Shown piece by piece: positions 24,590 through 36,537 of a DNA stretch of 64,000 nucleotides. The position numbers and the translations under genes were made by a program. Below the pieces are notes generated by a model, which was not told where the DNA came from, did not search any database, and saw nothing but the letters and a program-made list of their open reading frames with translations. The stretch is taken from NCBI RefSeq assembly GCF_030684315.1, contig NC_081369.1, forward strand, positions 17,939,754 to 18,003,753, written 5' to 3'. Positions within the stretch are counted from its first letter, which is position 1. Each line of letters begins with the position of its first letter. This DNA is from Stegostoma tigrinum. Lineage: Eukaryota.

Positions 24590-25495
24590 TGACATAGTAG
24601 TTACTGAATAAGTAATCCAAGAATTAGGGCTAATGATCTGGAGACATGAGTTCAGAATCCCACTAGAGACAGCTGAGAAATTTATTTTTGGATAATTATT
24701 TCTGGAATAAAATGTCAATCCCAATACCATTATGTCATTACTTCATATGGATCTGCTTTAATAATGGTACAAAACATACCAAGGAATTGTGATCACTGAA
24801 CTATTGGGTTGTTATAGAATTCTATTTGGTTCAATGCCACCCATTAGGGAATGAAATCTGCTACCTTTTTCCAGTCTGGGCTATTTGTAACTCCAAACTC
24901 CCACCAATGTGGTGACTCCTTAGTGACATCTGAAGTGGCTTAGTAAACCATTCACTTGTGTCAAGCTGCCATACAATTGTTGAAAAAGAATAGAACTGAC
25001 ATCGATCTTAGCATTGCAAGAAGGAACATCTTCCAAAGTCTCCTTTATTAACATCAAGAGACTTGTGTCAAAATGGAGTATTATCCCATAGACCTGTTAT
25101 TGTCACATTCATGGAATTATACCTTACATTGTCTCTGACACGACCATCACAATTCCTGCATGTGTCCTGCACCATCAGTAAGATAGATCTATGAGAGGTG
25201 ATGGTAAAGTGGTATTGTGACAGGAAGGAGTTACCCTGAAAGTCCATAGCAATAACTTCTGATTCCATATACCCTCGTGAAATCAGATGAAAATTGGGCA
25301 AAGAATCAGCTGATGAATCAGTGCTCTTCCTGAATACTGAGGGCACACAGGTTAAAGATTGTACTCTAGCTGGGAGGCTTCAATGCTCTTCAACAGGTAC
25401 TGACCAAGCTAGCTGAATCCTGAACATCATCACCTCCTGATAAGGTGATAAGGGAGCTAACAGAGAAACGCAAATTACCTGACTGCACCTTCACT
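24590..25495 (+). mobile_element. SINE-like head followed by decayed LINE endonuclease (possible 5' end of the second LINE family)
   Basis: 24590-24950 aligns by eye with the SINE at 5782-6040. 25040-25330 shows APE-endonuclease-like remnants (NI..LV.K, PDIV...E.YL, I.IP..VL.H..DR..RG.G). Confidence 0.55.
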
Positions 25496-25497
25496 AA

Positions 25498-27695
25498 GAT
25501 AATAAAATGTGAGGCTGGATGAACACAGCAGGCCAAGCAGCATCTCAGGAGCACAAAAGCTGACGTTTCGGGCCTAGACCCTTCATCAGAGAGGGGGATG
25601 GGGGGAGGGAACTGGAATAAATAGGGAGAGAGGGGGAGGCGGACCGAAGATGGAGAGTAAAGAAGATAGGTGGAGAGGGTGTAGGTGGGGAGGTAGGGAG
25701 GGGATAGGTCAGTCCAGGGAAGACGGACAGGTCAAGGAGGTGGGATGAGGTTAGTAGGTAGCTGGGGGTGCGGCTTGGGGTGGGAGGAAGGGATGGGTGA
25801 GAGGAAGAACCGGTTAGGGAGGCAGAGACAGGTTGGACTGGTTTTGGGATGCAGTGGGTGGGGGGGAAGAGCTGGGCTGGTTGTGTGGTGCAGTGGGGGG
25901 AGGGGATGAACTGGGCTGGTTTAGGGATGCAGTGGGGGAAGGGGAGATTTTGAAACTGGTGAAGTCCACATTGATACCATATGGCTGCAGGGTTCCCAGG
26001 CGGAATATGAGTTGCTGTTCCTGCAACCTTCGGGTGGCATCATTGTGGCAGTGCAGGAGGCCCATGATGGACATGTCATCAAGAGAATGGGAGGGGGAGT
26101 GGAAATGGTTTGCAACTGGGAGGTGCAGTTGTTTGTTACGAACTGAGCGGAGGTGTTCTGCAAAGCGGTCCCCAAGCCTCCGCTTGGTTTCCCCAATATA
26201 GAGGAAGCCGCACCGGGTACAGTGGATGCAGTATACCACATTGGCAGATGTGCAGGTGAACCTCTGCTTAATGTGGAATGTCATCTTGGGGCCTGGGATG
26301 GGGGTGAGGGAGGAGGTGTGGGGACAAGTGTAGCATTTCCTGCGGTTGCAGGGGAAGGTGCCGGGTATGGTGGGGTTGGAGGGCAGTGTGGAGCGAACAA
26401 GGGAGTCACGGAGAGAGTGGTCTCTCCGGAAAGCAGACAGGGGAGGGGATGGAAAAATGTCTTGGGTGGTGGGGTCGGATTGTAAATGGCGGAAGTGTCG
26501 GAGGATAATGCGTTGTATCCGGAGGTTGGTAGGGTGGTGTGTGAGAACGAGGGGGATCCTCTTGGGGCGGTTGTGGCGGGGGCGGGGTGTGAGGGATGTG
26601 TCGCGGGAGATGCGGGAGACGCGGTCAAGGGCGTTCTCAATCACCGTGGGGGGAAAGTTGCGGTCCTTAAAGAACTTGGACATCTGGGATGTGCGGGAGT
26701 GGAATGTCTTATCGTGGGAGCAGATGCGGCGGAGGCGGAGGAATTGGGAATAGGGGATGGAATTTTTGCAGGAGGGTCTCCAACCCCACCATACCCGGCA
26801 CCTTCCCCTGCAACCGCAGGAAATGCTACACTTGTCCCCACACCTCCTCCCTCACCCCCCTCCCAGGCCCCAAGATGACATTCCACATTAAGCAGAGGTT
26901 CACCTGCACATCTGCCAATGTGGTATACTGCATCCACTGTACCCGGTGCGGCTTCCTCTACATTGGGGAAACCAAGCGGAGGCTTGGGGACCGCTTTGCA
27001 GAACACCTCCGCTCAGTTCGTAACAAACAACTGCACCTCCCAGTTGCAAACCATTTCCACTCCCCCTCCCATTCTCTTGATGACATGTCCATCATGGGCC
27101 TCCTGCACTGCCACAATGATGCCACCCGAAGGTTGCAGGAACAGCAACTCATATTCCGCCTGGGAACCCTGCAGCCATATGGTATCAATGTGGACTTCAC
27201 CAGTTTCAAAATCTCCCCTTCCCCCACTGCATCCCTAAACCAGCCCAGTTCATCCCCTCCCCCCACTGCACCACACAACCAGCCCAGCTCTTCCCCCCCA
27301 CCCACTGCATCCCAAAACCAGTCCAACCTGTCTCTGCCTCCCTAACCGGTTCTTCCTCTCACCCATCCCTTCCTCCCACCCCAAGCCGCACCCCCAGCTA
27401 CCTACTAACCTCATCCCACCTCCTTGACCTGTCCGTCTTCCCTGGACTGACCTATCCCCTCCCTACCTCCCCACCTACACCCTCTCCACCTATCTTCTTT
27501 ACTCTCCATCTTCGGTCCGCCTCCCCCTCTCTCCCTATTTATTCCAGTTCCCTCCCCCCATCCCCCTCTCTGATGAAGGGTCTAGGCCCGAAACGTCAGC
27601 TTTTGTGCTCCTGAGATGCTGCTTGGCCTGCTGTGTTCATCCAGCCTCACATTTTATTATCTTGGAATCTCCAGCATCTGCAGTTCCCATTATCT
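25498..27695. mobile_element. 2.2-kb fold-back Neptune-type Penelope-like insertion
   Basis: 886-bp inverted arms at 25496-26381 and 26778-27663. ORFs 25814-26683(-) and 26689-27345(+) encode the Cys-rich linker PCNRRKCYTC and GIY-YIG NVVYCIHCTRCGFLYIGETKRRL..RF.EH. TSD CTGCACCTTCACTAA at 25483-25497 and 27696-27710. Confidence 0.95.
27570..27597 (+). ncRNA. Minimal hammerhead-ribozyme-like motif in Penelope pLTR (representative copy)
   Basis: CTGATGA-A-GGGTCTAGGCCC-GAAA-CG-TC. Same motif at 23135-23162(+), 32076-32103(+), 37856-37883(+), 21748-21775(-), 22316-22343(-, one change) and 25562-25589(-). Helix I is only ~2 bp, so activity is unproven. Confidence 0.6.
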
Positions 27696-28064
27696 CTGCA
27701 CCTTCACTAATTTGTCTTCTGCACTCCACAAGCTTAAATGCCACCATCTTCTCTCTACTACCTCATATTCACTCTAATTCTGCCAATGCACACACCAACC
27801 ATTAAAGTTCATGGTCTGCCATTCCCATTGTTGTATGCAGCATATTCCCTCAATTGCTCTGAGCTTCCTTTTCACTTACTCAGGATATCTCACCATGTTT
27901 CCCCCAGCTGTTCTGTCTTACTTCTTCAAAGAAATGCAAGAAAGTTTTGATGAAATTGAATTCAAAGCAAGAGAAAACCTATCAAATGTAGACTACATGT
28001 ATGAATAAATGTAAATAAATGAGACAAAAGGTGATGATGATATACTAATGCTGATGAAATACTT

Positions 28065-28160
28065 TCTCCATTTCTGAAGAAGGATGTAGGCCCGAAACGT
28101 GAACCTTTCTGCTCCTCTGATGCTGCTTGGCCTGCTGTGTTCATCCAGCATGTTATCTCA
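28065..28160 (+). mobile_element. Penelope pLTR-end fragment, older subfamily
   Basis: ccatttctgaagaaggatgtaggcccgaaacgtg...gatgctgcttggcctgctgtgttcatccagc. Confidence 0.8.
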
Positions 28161-28689
28161 CTTTCTCCAAGAGACAGGTTTTGAGTGAAATTGTTTGATC
28201 CTATGTCGGATGCATTCAAACCAACTTGCAGAAAAGATCAATCACGTAGGATAAGCAGCAAATGATTGTTTTGCTTTTAGTTTGATTTAGATACCTTGGA
28301 ATAAGCAACTGTTTGAAGATGTGAAATTTTAGATGATGCTGATGCTGAAAAAATAAAGAACTTCTAAGCCTGATTCATAAAAAAATCATTTGCATAAAGG
28401 ACATTTATGCCAATAGCATCTGTATCAAGTCACCATCCAAGATATGGTTCAGTTGGCTCTCATTATGAAGCTATTTTGCAGCTTTCTTTTCATCTAATTG
28501 TAACTGCTTGGAAAAATATCAAGAACGATTGTGGCCAATGGCACTGCAAGAAAAGCTGTTTCATGAAACAGCTTTCATATATGTTAATTAAGTAATCATA
28601 AAGTATGTTCATTTGAAAGCACTTCAAAACGCAGCCAGGCTTATTTCAAGATGTATGTTTTAATTAAATTACAAGTTCACCGATAAGTA

Positions 28690-29880
28690 CATGGAAATCT
28701 GACATTTGGATGACAGATTGGGGGAGCTGCAGAAAGTGAGAAGAATTGCCAAAGGATACAGCAGGATATGGTTAGGCTGGAGATTTGGGCAGAGCAATGG
28801 CAGAATGGCTTTAGATTAGATTCCCTACAGTGTGGAAACAGACCCTTCCGCCCAACAAGTCCCTCCGCCCCTTGCAGCATCCCACTCAGACCCATCCTCC
28901 TATAATCCACACCCCCCTGAACACTGCGGGCAATTTGGCACGGCCAATCCACCTAGCCTGCACATCTTTGGACTGTGGGAGGAAACTGGAGCACCCGTGG
29001 AAACCCACGCAGACACGGGGAGAATGTGCAAACTCTGCACAGACTGTCACCTGAGGCTGGAATTGAACCTGGGTCCCTGGTGCTGTGAGGCTGCAGTGCT
29101 AACCACTGAGCCACTATGCCGCCCAAATGTGAGGTGATGCACTTTGGAAGGTCTAATGCAGGAGGGAAATGTACAGTAAATAGCAGAGTCCTTTGTAGCA
29201 TCAACATACAGAGGGGTCTATTAGTTCAGGTCCACAGTTCCCTGGAAGTGGCAACACAAATGGATAGGGTGGCCAACACTGATCAGGGCAAAGAGTGTAA
29301 AAATTGGCAGGCCTCGTTGCAGCTGTATATATTTTAGTTAGGTCACATTTGGAATAATGTATACAGTTCTGGTCATCACACTATCAGAAGGATTTGGGGG
29401 CTTTGGAGAGGCTACAGAAATGGTTTACCAGGATGTTGCTTGGTTTGGAGAGTATCAGCTCTGAGGAGCAATTGGATGAACATGGTTTGTTTTCACTTGA
29501 ACATTGAAGAACGAGGAGTAACTTTGTGAAGTTTACAAAATTATGAGATGCATGGATAGAATGGATAGTTGGAGTGTTTTTCCCAAATGTCAATTATGGG
29601 AGACAGAGGTTTGAGGTAAAAAGGGGATAAATTTAAAGGTGATGTGAGAAGTAAGTTTTTTACACAGAACGTGTGAGTGCCTGGAATGTGCTGCCAGAGG
29701 AGATGGTGGTGGCGGCAGATACAATAGCAACATTAAACAGGCATCTTGACAGACATATGAATAGGCAGGGAATAGATGAATAAGGACCATGTAGAGGCAA
29801 TGGGTTTTTAGTTTAGAAAGGCATCTTGCGCAGTCTTGGTTGGCCAAATGACTGTTCTTTTGCTGTACTGTTCTTTGTTC
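28690..29880 (+). mobile_element. CR1 RT/3' end interrupted by HE1-type SINE
   Basis: L..WAEQWQ before the SINE and KCEVMHFGRSN after it. Tail tgtactgttctttgttc at ~29865-29880. Confidence 0.85.
28811..29124 (-). mobile_element. HE1-type V-SINE
   Basis: tRNA-like head GGGCGGCATAGTGGCTCAGTGGTTAGCACTG...GGTTCAATTCC, V-domain GGAGTTTGCACATTCTCCCCGTGTCTGCGTGGGTTTCC, and a CR1-like tail ending in (AATCT)n. Confidence 0.92.
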
Positions 29881-31736
29881 ACTCAGTATGGTGCCAAAAT
29901 CTAGATAACACTCAAAATGGTTTTCCAAATATACTTGGAAACAAGGCCTTCTCTCTTTTCCTTTATTGACACAGTTGTGCACTACCCATTAATATTGCCT
30001 GAATATTTTGTGGATGACTTGATTGTTACACTGTGTAGCATGTTTTGGATTATCACATGGCATGCATTCCTGTGCAGTTTAGAGGGAGAATGCTGTCTGT
30101 ATTTTATTTGTAGCTTCTTTATGCTATAAGATTGGTGCTTTTTATTACTACAGCTAATTGATCCTGCTGTCTAAATCCTAGTACTCATTAATTTCCATTA
30201 ATTCATCACCCTGTACTGACTGACATTTATTAATAATTCCTCAATTTTTAAAATCTCATCTAGCTTTTAAATTCCTCAGCAGCCTTCTTATCCAGCCTCA
30301 CAAAGCTCCAAGCCATTTGCATTCCTTCAATTCCGGCCTCTTGAGCAAGCCTGATTTTAATTGTTGCAATACTTAGGCATGACTTCAGTCACCAGTACCC
30401 TAAACTCAGGAATTTTTTCACAAAACCCTCCCCCATTCCACCTTTCTCTCCTCTTCCAAGATGATCCTTTAAACCTAAGTCTCTGATTAAGTTTTGGTCA
30501 CCGTGCTTATGTGGCATGGTGTCAATGTCGGTTTGAACCTATCCCCTGAGGTATCTTAGGTTCGCTGTGTAGATGCTATATAAATATTGCTCCTGATTGC
30601 ACATTCCCTGTACCTCTTATCTTACGATTTCTTGCCTAGTAAGAATGTGTATCTTCAGACAGCTTCATGGAAGTGTGGGACATAAATTTGCAAAACGTTG
30701 CACACCCTTTGAAATTAGAAACAAGCATTTGTGTGTGCTTCTAGATTAGGGGAAGACTCTTCGCTGTCTCTTGCATTAAAATCATGAGATCATGAAATTC
30801 ATTACTGCTGCCACACATACTGAGACTGCTACCATCATGACTGTGGATCACAGTCCTCAAAGGGGCAAGCAATACTCTCCCAGCACTCCAGCAATCTATC
30901 TACTGGTTATAGTTCCAGTAATACAGTTTAGCAGCGACCCCATGCATTTCCATTAAAGGACTCTGATCCTTTGTGGAGTTTCTTTAGTAAAATATTGCAG
31001 TTCTCTCGCCATTATTATTTATATCTGATGTCATCCCTTAATTCATTTGAAAGCTTACAGTTCAATGAGAAACTTATTTTACATAATTCATTCCTTAAAC
31101 TCTGGTTTGTTTCTTTTCAAATAGCTATGCAGATTTGTACTGATTTTTCTCCCTGATTCTTCCATTGCCGCCAGCAGTCTCAAGCCATTAATATTTCACA
31201 TCCACCAGCTGCCTTATTTCCACGGCTGCCTTTACACACATTTGCAGAGAGGATCAGCTAATAAGACTCTGCTACGGTAAACAGAACCTGAAATCATTCA
31301 TTTCCATTCTGTTCTGGATCACTGAACACCGTAATTCATTTTTAAAAGTCTTGCCCTCTATAATAATAAACTATGTTGTGCTAATTATACATTAGACGAT
31401 GATGCTAAGTGTGGGTCAGGCGTGCTTGATCTGCATTGTATATTTTTGAACTAGGAGTTAGAAATACCTTCTATTAATCTGCAGTGGTTGGACATTGACA
31501 CCTGACATTGTGGCATTCCTATAAATATTGTGTCCATCAGTAACTTGCATGAACCAGATTAGTGGCCTTAGTTCCTATAATGCTTACCAGCTTTTTGATT
31601 ACCATTAACAAAATCATAAAAGAAAATGATAAACATTTAACAACAAATGTGTACTGGATGGTCTACAGTTAAAGATCTGTGTCTTAGTTTGGGTACTCCC
31701 AGCACAGACAAAATATTGTGACAATAGAGAACTCAG

Positions 31737-32200
31737 CTCCTTGACCTGTCCATCTTCCCTGGGCTGACCGATAGAACGTCTTGACCTGTCCGTCTTCCCT
31801 GGACTGACCTATAGACTCTTTGACCTGTCCGTCTTCCCTGGACTGACCTATAGACCTCTCACCCATCCCTTCCTCCCACCCCAAGCCGCACCTCCATCTC
31901 CTACCTACTAACCTCATCCCACCTCCTTGACCTGTCCGTCTTCCCTGGACTGACCTATCCCCTCCCTACCTCCCCACCTATACTCTCCTCTCCACCTATC
32001 TTCTTTTCTCTCCATCTTCGGTCCGCCTCCCCCTCTCTCCCTATTTATTCCAGAACCCTCACCCCATCCCCCTCTCTGATGAAGGGTCTAGGCCCGAAAC
32101 GTCAGCTTTTGTGCTCCTGAGATGCTGCTGGGCCTGCTGTGTTCATCCAGCCTCACATTTTATTATCTTGGATTCTCCAGCATCTGCAGTTCCCATTATC
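31737..32200 (+). mobile_element. Penelope pLTR with tail, preceded by three stuttered copies of an internal 32-mer
   Basis: The pLTR at 31856-32200 matches the young family. Units TTGACCTGTCCGTCTTCCCTGGACTGACCTAT+AGA start at 31741, 31781 and 31820. Confidence 0.9.
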
Positions 32201-33054
32201 ATCACTATTTCTGATGCTGCCAGTTGCTGAGGCTGTAACATCTGGAATCCCCTTGCTCAACCTCTCCAGACTGCTACCCTTCTGTAATCCTTTAGGATGT
32301 TCTGCAAAAGCTCCTTCTTTGGCCAAGCTTTTGACTCTACAGATGGGAGAAAATGGTCAAAAACAGAAACTTGCCTTACAAAAGGCAATGAGAAGTTTTT
32401 AACAGGGCTTCTAAGCTTCTCAAGTGGTTTGATGGAGTGCTTAGAGAAATACTATATCCTTATTACAATGCCTTTCCAAGTCTGGAGGTCTAAAATTGAT
32501 CTGTTCTCACAGCTTGAAGACTTCTAGGAAGATACTTGTGTTTTGGGAACTCGAAAGGCTGGGCAGACTTCTGCTAAGGTGACTAGTTCCTGTAAACAGA
32601 CTGAAAAACTTCTTTCTTCTGCTAAAAGGAAAATTGAACTGAATTCTTAGTTCTCTGTTCTGAATCAAAACAAAGCTAATTTATTTAACATGTTTACATT
32701 GCCTTTCATAAACCCAGCAGTACAAACTTTTGTCATTAACAAATTGAGCTTTATTGGAACACTGTAGTAGACCCAGGACAGAATATTAGCATGGAAGCAA
32801 GATGGTTAATTGAAATTGCAAGCAAATGGAACATCAGGGTCATTCCTATGGATAGCAGAGGTGTTCCATAAGACAGTAACCCAGTATGCATCTCATCAAT
32901 ATACAGGTAGTTCTGCTATTATGCGTGTTTCATTAACACGAATTGGTTGTAAGGCGATTGAAGAATAGTGGACACTGTTTGGATAACAAAAACCTTTTGC
33001 AGCGATTTTCTATAACACAAGGTCACACAAGAATGCAACTATCATACTATGAAG

Positions 33055-33320
33055 AAATACCTGTAAAGAAGATTGAATTGTGAGCAATGAATACAGTAGA
33101 CTAGATTGAAAGAAGTACAAGTAAAACATTGCTTCACCTGCAAGGTATGTTTGGGGTCTTGGACAAGGAAGAGTGAGAAGGTGAATTGATAAATGTTACA
33201 CTTTGTGCAATTGCATGAGAAGGTTCCATTGACGTTCAAAGAAGTGTTAAGTATGATGGAGGAATAGACCAGGATGTCACATGGAGAATGGTCCTGCAAA
33301 TTGCTGACGGTAGACAGGAT
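33055..33320 (-). mobile_element. Old Penelope linker/GIY-YIG fragment
   Basis: GTFSCNCTKCNIY...QVKQCFTCTSFNLVYCIHCSQFNLLY. Confidence 0.75.
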
Positions 33321-33939
33321 ATGCCTCAGACCATCCTTTATATTTGCCATTTTGAAGCAAGAGTATCAAAGCCACTTTTCTAATGGTACCTGAAGTTATA
33401 AGTCTATTGAGGACAGTGGCCAATCAAAGCTTAGCAATGATACCCATAGAGGAGGCTGCTACTGAGGTTGCAGGGTAAAAAAGAAGCTTCCTCCATGTTA
33501 ATGCCCTGATAGTCAGAGGGGTTAACCCTCCAGAGGACAGTGTTGGATCCATTGACAGCTATGGTGCATCCAGAAAGGAAGGCCCCTCTTCCTCCGGGAA
33601 GCCACTGGTGGGTCACTGTTTTATTCCTTACAAACTGACTATATGATGGGGTGCCATTGCAGCACTGGCAAACTGGCAGCAAGACATAAAATAGCCACTG
33701 ACAGGCCAGTAAAGGATCTTGATTGACACACCACATCCATTCAGCAGGTGGTCAATCCAAGGTGGTTCCGATCTTTCAGAATATCCTGTGACAATGCAAT
33801 GTCAGGCTTCCCTTCCAATGCTTTCTGTTGTAATTTTTCCAGCCCATTTCCAGAGGACTGTAAAATCCTAGTCAATGAACACACAGTGGAAAACCTGTAC
33901 TGGAAAACAACATTGTTACACAGAATTCCAGGATTGCTT

Positions 33940-34250
33940 ATCTTTCAGCAAGACATTAAACTCAGGCCATATCTGTCCTGTTGAGTGGCCAAAAGAGATT
34001 GCTTGGCATTATTTTGTAGAATAGCCAGAGAGTTCCCTCCAATGACCTAGCTAATAGTTATTCTCAACTAACAGCACTAAAACAGATTATTTGATTGTTT
34101 TCACTTTGCTATTTGTGGGAGATTCTATGCTCAAATTAGTTCCAGTGTTTCCTCCATTACAATTGTGAGAACACTTCAAAAGTACATTCTTGTATGCAGT
34201 ATACTTTGTAATGTCCAGAGGTGGTAAAAACCGGTATATAATGCGGGTCT
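33940..34250 (+). mobile_element. SacSINE1-like DeuSINE (3' two-thirds)
   Basis: agacattaaac...cactaaaacagattat...ttgctatttgtggga...cattacaa...acacttcaaaagtac matches the recalled Deu-domain/tail consensus. Confidence 0.65.
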
Positions 34251-34612
34251 GAGATTTTCCTTTCCCTTGGAATTTCTTAGGGGCAAGAAATCACTCACCT
34301 GTTACTAGAGTTACGTAAAACTAAGACAGCGTTAAACCAATTCTCTATCTCCATCCCCAATACTTTTGTGTGGCTTTCCACTGGACAGTAGTACTTCAGT
34401 AGCAGCTTCAAAGTATTTTAAAGAGTCAGTGTGCATTTTGCAACTTGCCAATTGCCTCCCAGGACAATTACTTATAAAGCAAATACAAGGTGTCAAAAAT
34501 CCCCAAATACTCTCTCCCTAATCCTGAATGCTCCCAACCCAATAATATAAATTAACTAATTTCACGTTAAGGTACAAGGTGAGCTCAGTGCTGGTAATCC
34601 ATACAAGACAAG

Positions 34613-34970
34613 AAAATCTCCCCACCCCTGGCCTCATCCCATGATCAACCCTCCCTCTCATCCCCACCTCCTTGACCTGACACAAACTGTCCATCTTCTC
34701 TCCCACTTATCCGCTCCTCCCACCTCATTGACCAATCCCAACTACTGCCTACCTGCATTCACCTATCACCATCCCACCTACCTTCCCCAGCCCCACCCCT
34801 CCTCTCTCTACTTATTTCTCAGCTCCATTCCCCCTCCTCCATTTCTGAAGAAGGGTCCTGAGCTGAGACGTCAACTTTCCTGCTGCTCTAATGCTGCCTG
34901 GCCTGCTGTGTTCCTCCAGCTCAACACTGTGCTTTTTCTGATTCCAGCGACGACAGTTCTTACTATCTCT
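34613..34970 (+). mobile_element. Penelope pLTR with tail, older subfamily
   Basis: aaaatctccc...cccacctccttgacctg...ccatttctgaagaagggtc...gcctggcctgctgtgttcctccagc. Confidence 0.8.
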
Positions 34971-36537
34971 AAGCAATCCATGATGCTGTGTACCACATTA
35001 TTAACCTATAAAACTGGTGGCTTTTGGAAAGTAAAGTGGGGAAGAATTTTTTTTTAATTTAGTCTTTACAACAACAATGAATATACTGACTCTGGAAGGG
35101 ACACTCATTTGAACCAATCCCAACATTTACACATTCTTTATGAGCTTTTAACATGACAACGCAAAAAGGAAAGCATAATGGACTGGAGAATTGAGGGCAG
35201 AACATTTGCTAAGTGGAATCAAAGGAGAAAAAACAGAAATATGGCAGACTCTCAATTACTACAAAAGACAACACATGAGTTCTTACATAATTGAGTTTAT
35301 TCTAAAAATGTACAAACATCTTATGTTTACAGAGTAGATGCAATTCAAAATGTCAAAATACAAGAAAATATTAATTACAATTACAGCACATGCTACTCAA
35401 TAATAAAATTATCATTAACTGCACCTAATTAGATTTTCAGTACTTTAGACATTTCCAGAAAAATTGTTGTTTTATTTTATAATTTGTTCTGACGTTTATT
35501 ATTCATAACTAATTATTATATTGCAAATATATTTAATTGGAAAATATTTCTTAGTACCTGAATGCATGTGGGCATCAAATAGCCAAAAAAATCTTTACTT
35601 ATATACAAAATGGTAGAATCTGAATATAAAATGCTTGACTTGACAGCACTGTATTTCATCATGTCACATTCTTACAGTAGACAACAGGATTTCTATTATT
35701 TTGTTGACCTCTGAATGATCCTGAGTGAATTTAAAAACACACACATAAAAGGCATCACTATAGGCATATTATTGTAGTGTTTATGTTTAATTGCTGATAA
35801 ATCTAATTTTATCTCCACAACTTATCTGCCCCCTATCTATTGGGACACATGAACTTCGGCAATGATTCTTGACTAGGTCATTATGCCTTCTTCAGATATC
35901 CCCTCAGAATCAGAATCTAGACATAGGTGCAATTTTGCCTTGTGTAGCCAGATTAAAATCAAATCAATCCAAAACCACTCCCCTATTAAAAATACACATG
36001 AAAATGTACCATTTTGATATGTTTTGATTTTTCTTATGATATATGCAGTGTTCAACTAATTGAGAAATTCTGTTTCTATGTAATCTGACACACTGCCCTC
36101 CTCAATTCCAACTGCAGTCAACAATAACATTGATTCTTTTTAGGTCAAAGTTGACTGTCAATTTTCTTTTCACTTTTTCCTTGGAGTTGATGACACTACC
36201 ATGAAGAATGAGTGAGATCCTGCTGACAGTATTTCCTGCTCTGGGACTAACCAGTCCCACCAGTACAGATTAAGAAGCCTTTTGACTCATTTATCATGTC
36301 AGTGCAAATTATTTTCTTTTTCATTGGCACCTTTCCTCACAGTAATGTTATAAAAAAAAGCCACAAAAATCTGCAGGATATAATCAATCTGAGCGACAAA
36401 GCAAGAAGGTCTCAAATGAGTATGGGTAAGTGATTTCACAATCCCATACAAGCAGTGAGTCAGTTGTGTTTATTGGCAACATAGCTAAAATAATCAGGGT
36501 TATAATGCTACTGGCCATAAAACACTTTGAATAAATA

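Noticed and set aside
25833-27326. Many overlapping ORFs (e.g. MDWFWDAV..., MQGKVPG..., MFCKAVP...) as novel genes, also at 22.4-23.0 kb and 36.6-37.6 kb
   Set aside because: These are antisense or alternate frames of the C-rich PLE ORF and recur with each copy.
25498-27695. DNA transposon or foldback element with long TIRs
   Set aside because: The arms encode PLE RT-thumb/GIY-YIG sequence and end asymmetrically with a retro-type tail and a 15-bp TSD. No transposase is present.
31741-31855. CRISPR-like repeat-spacer array
   Set aside because: The repeats are copies of an adjacent Penelope pLTR segment, the linkers are only 1-5 nt, there are no cas genes, and the context is eukaryotic.
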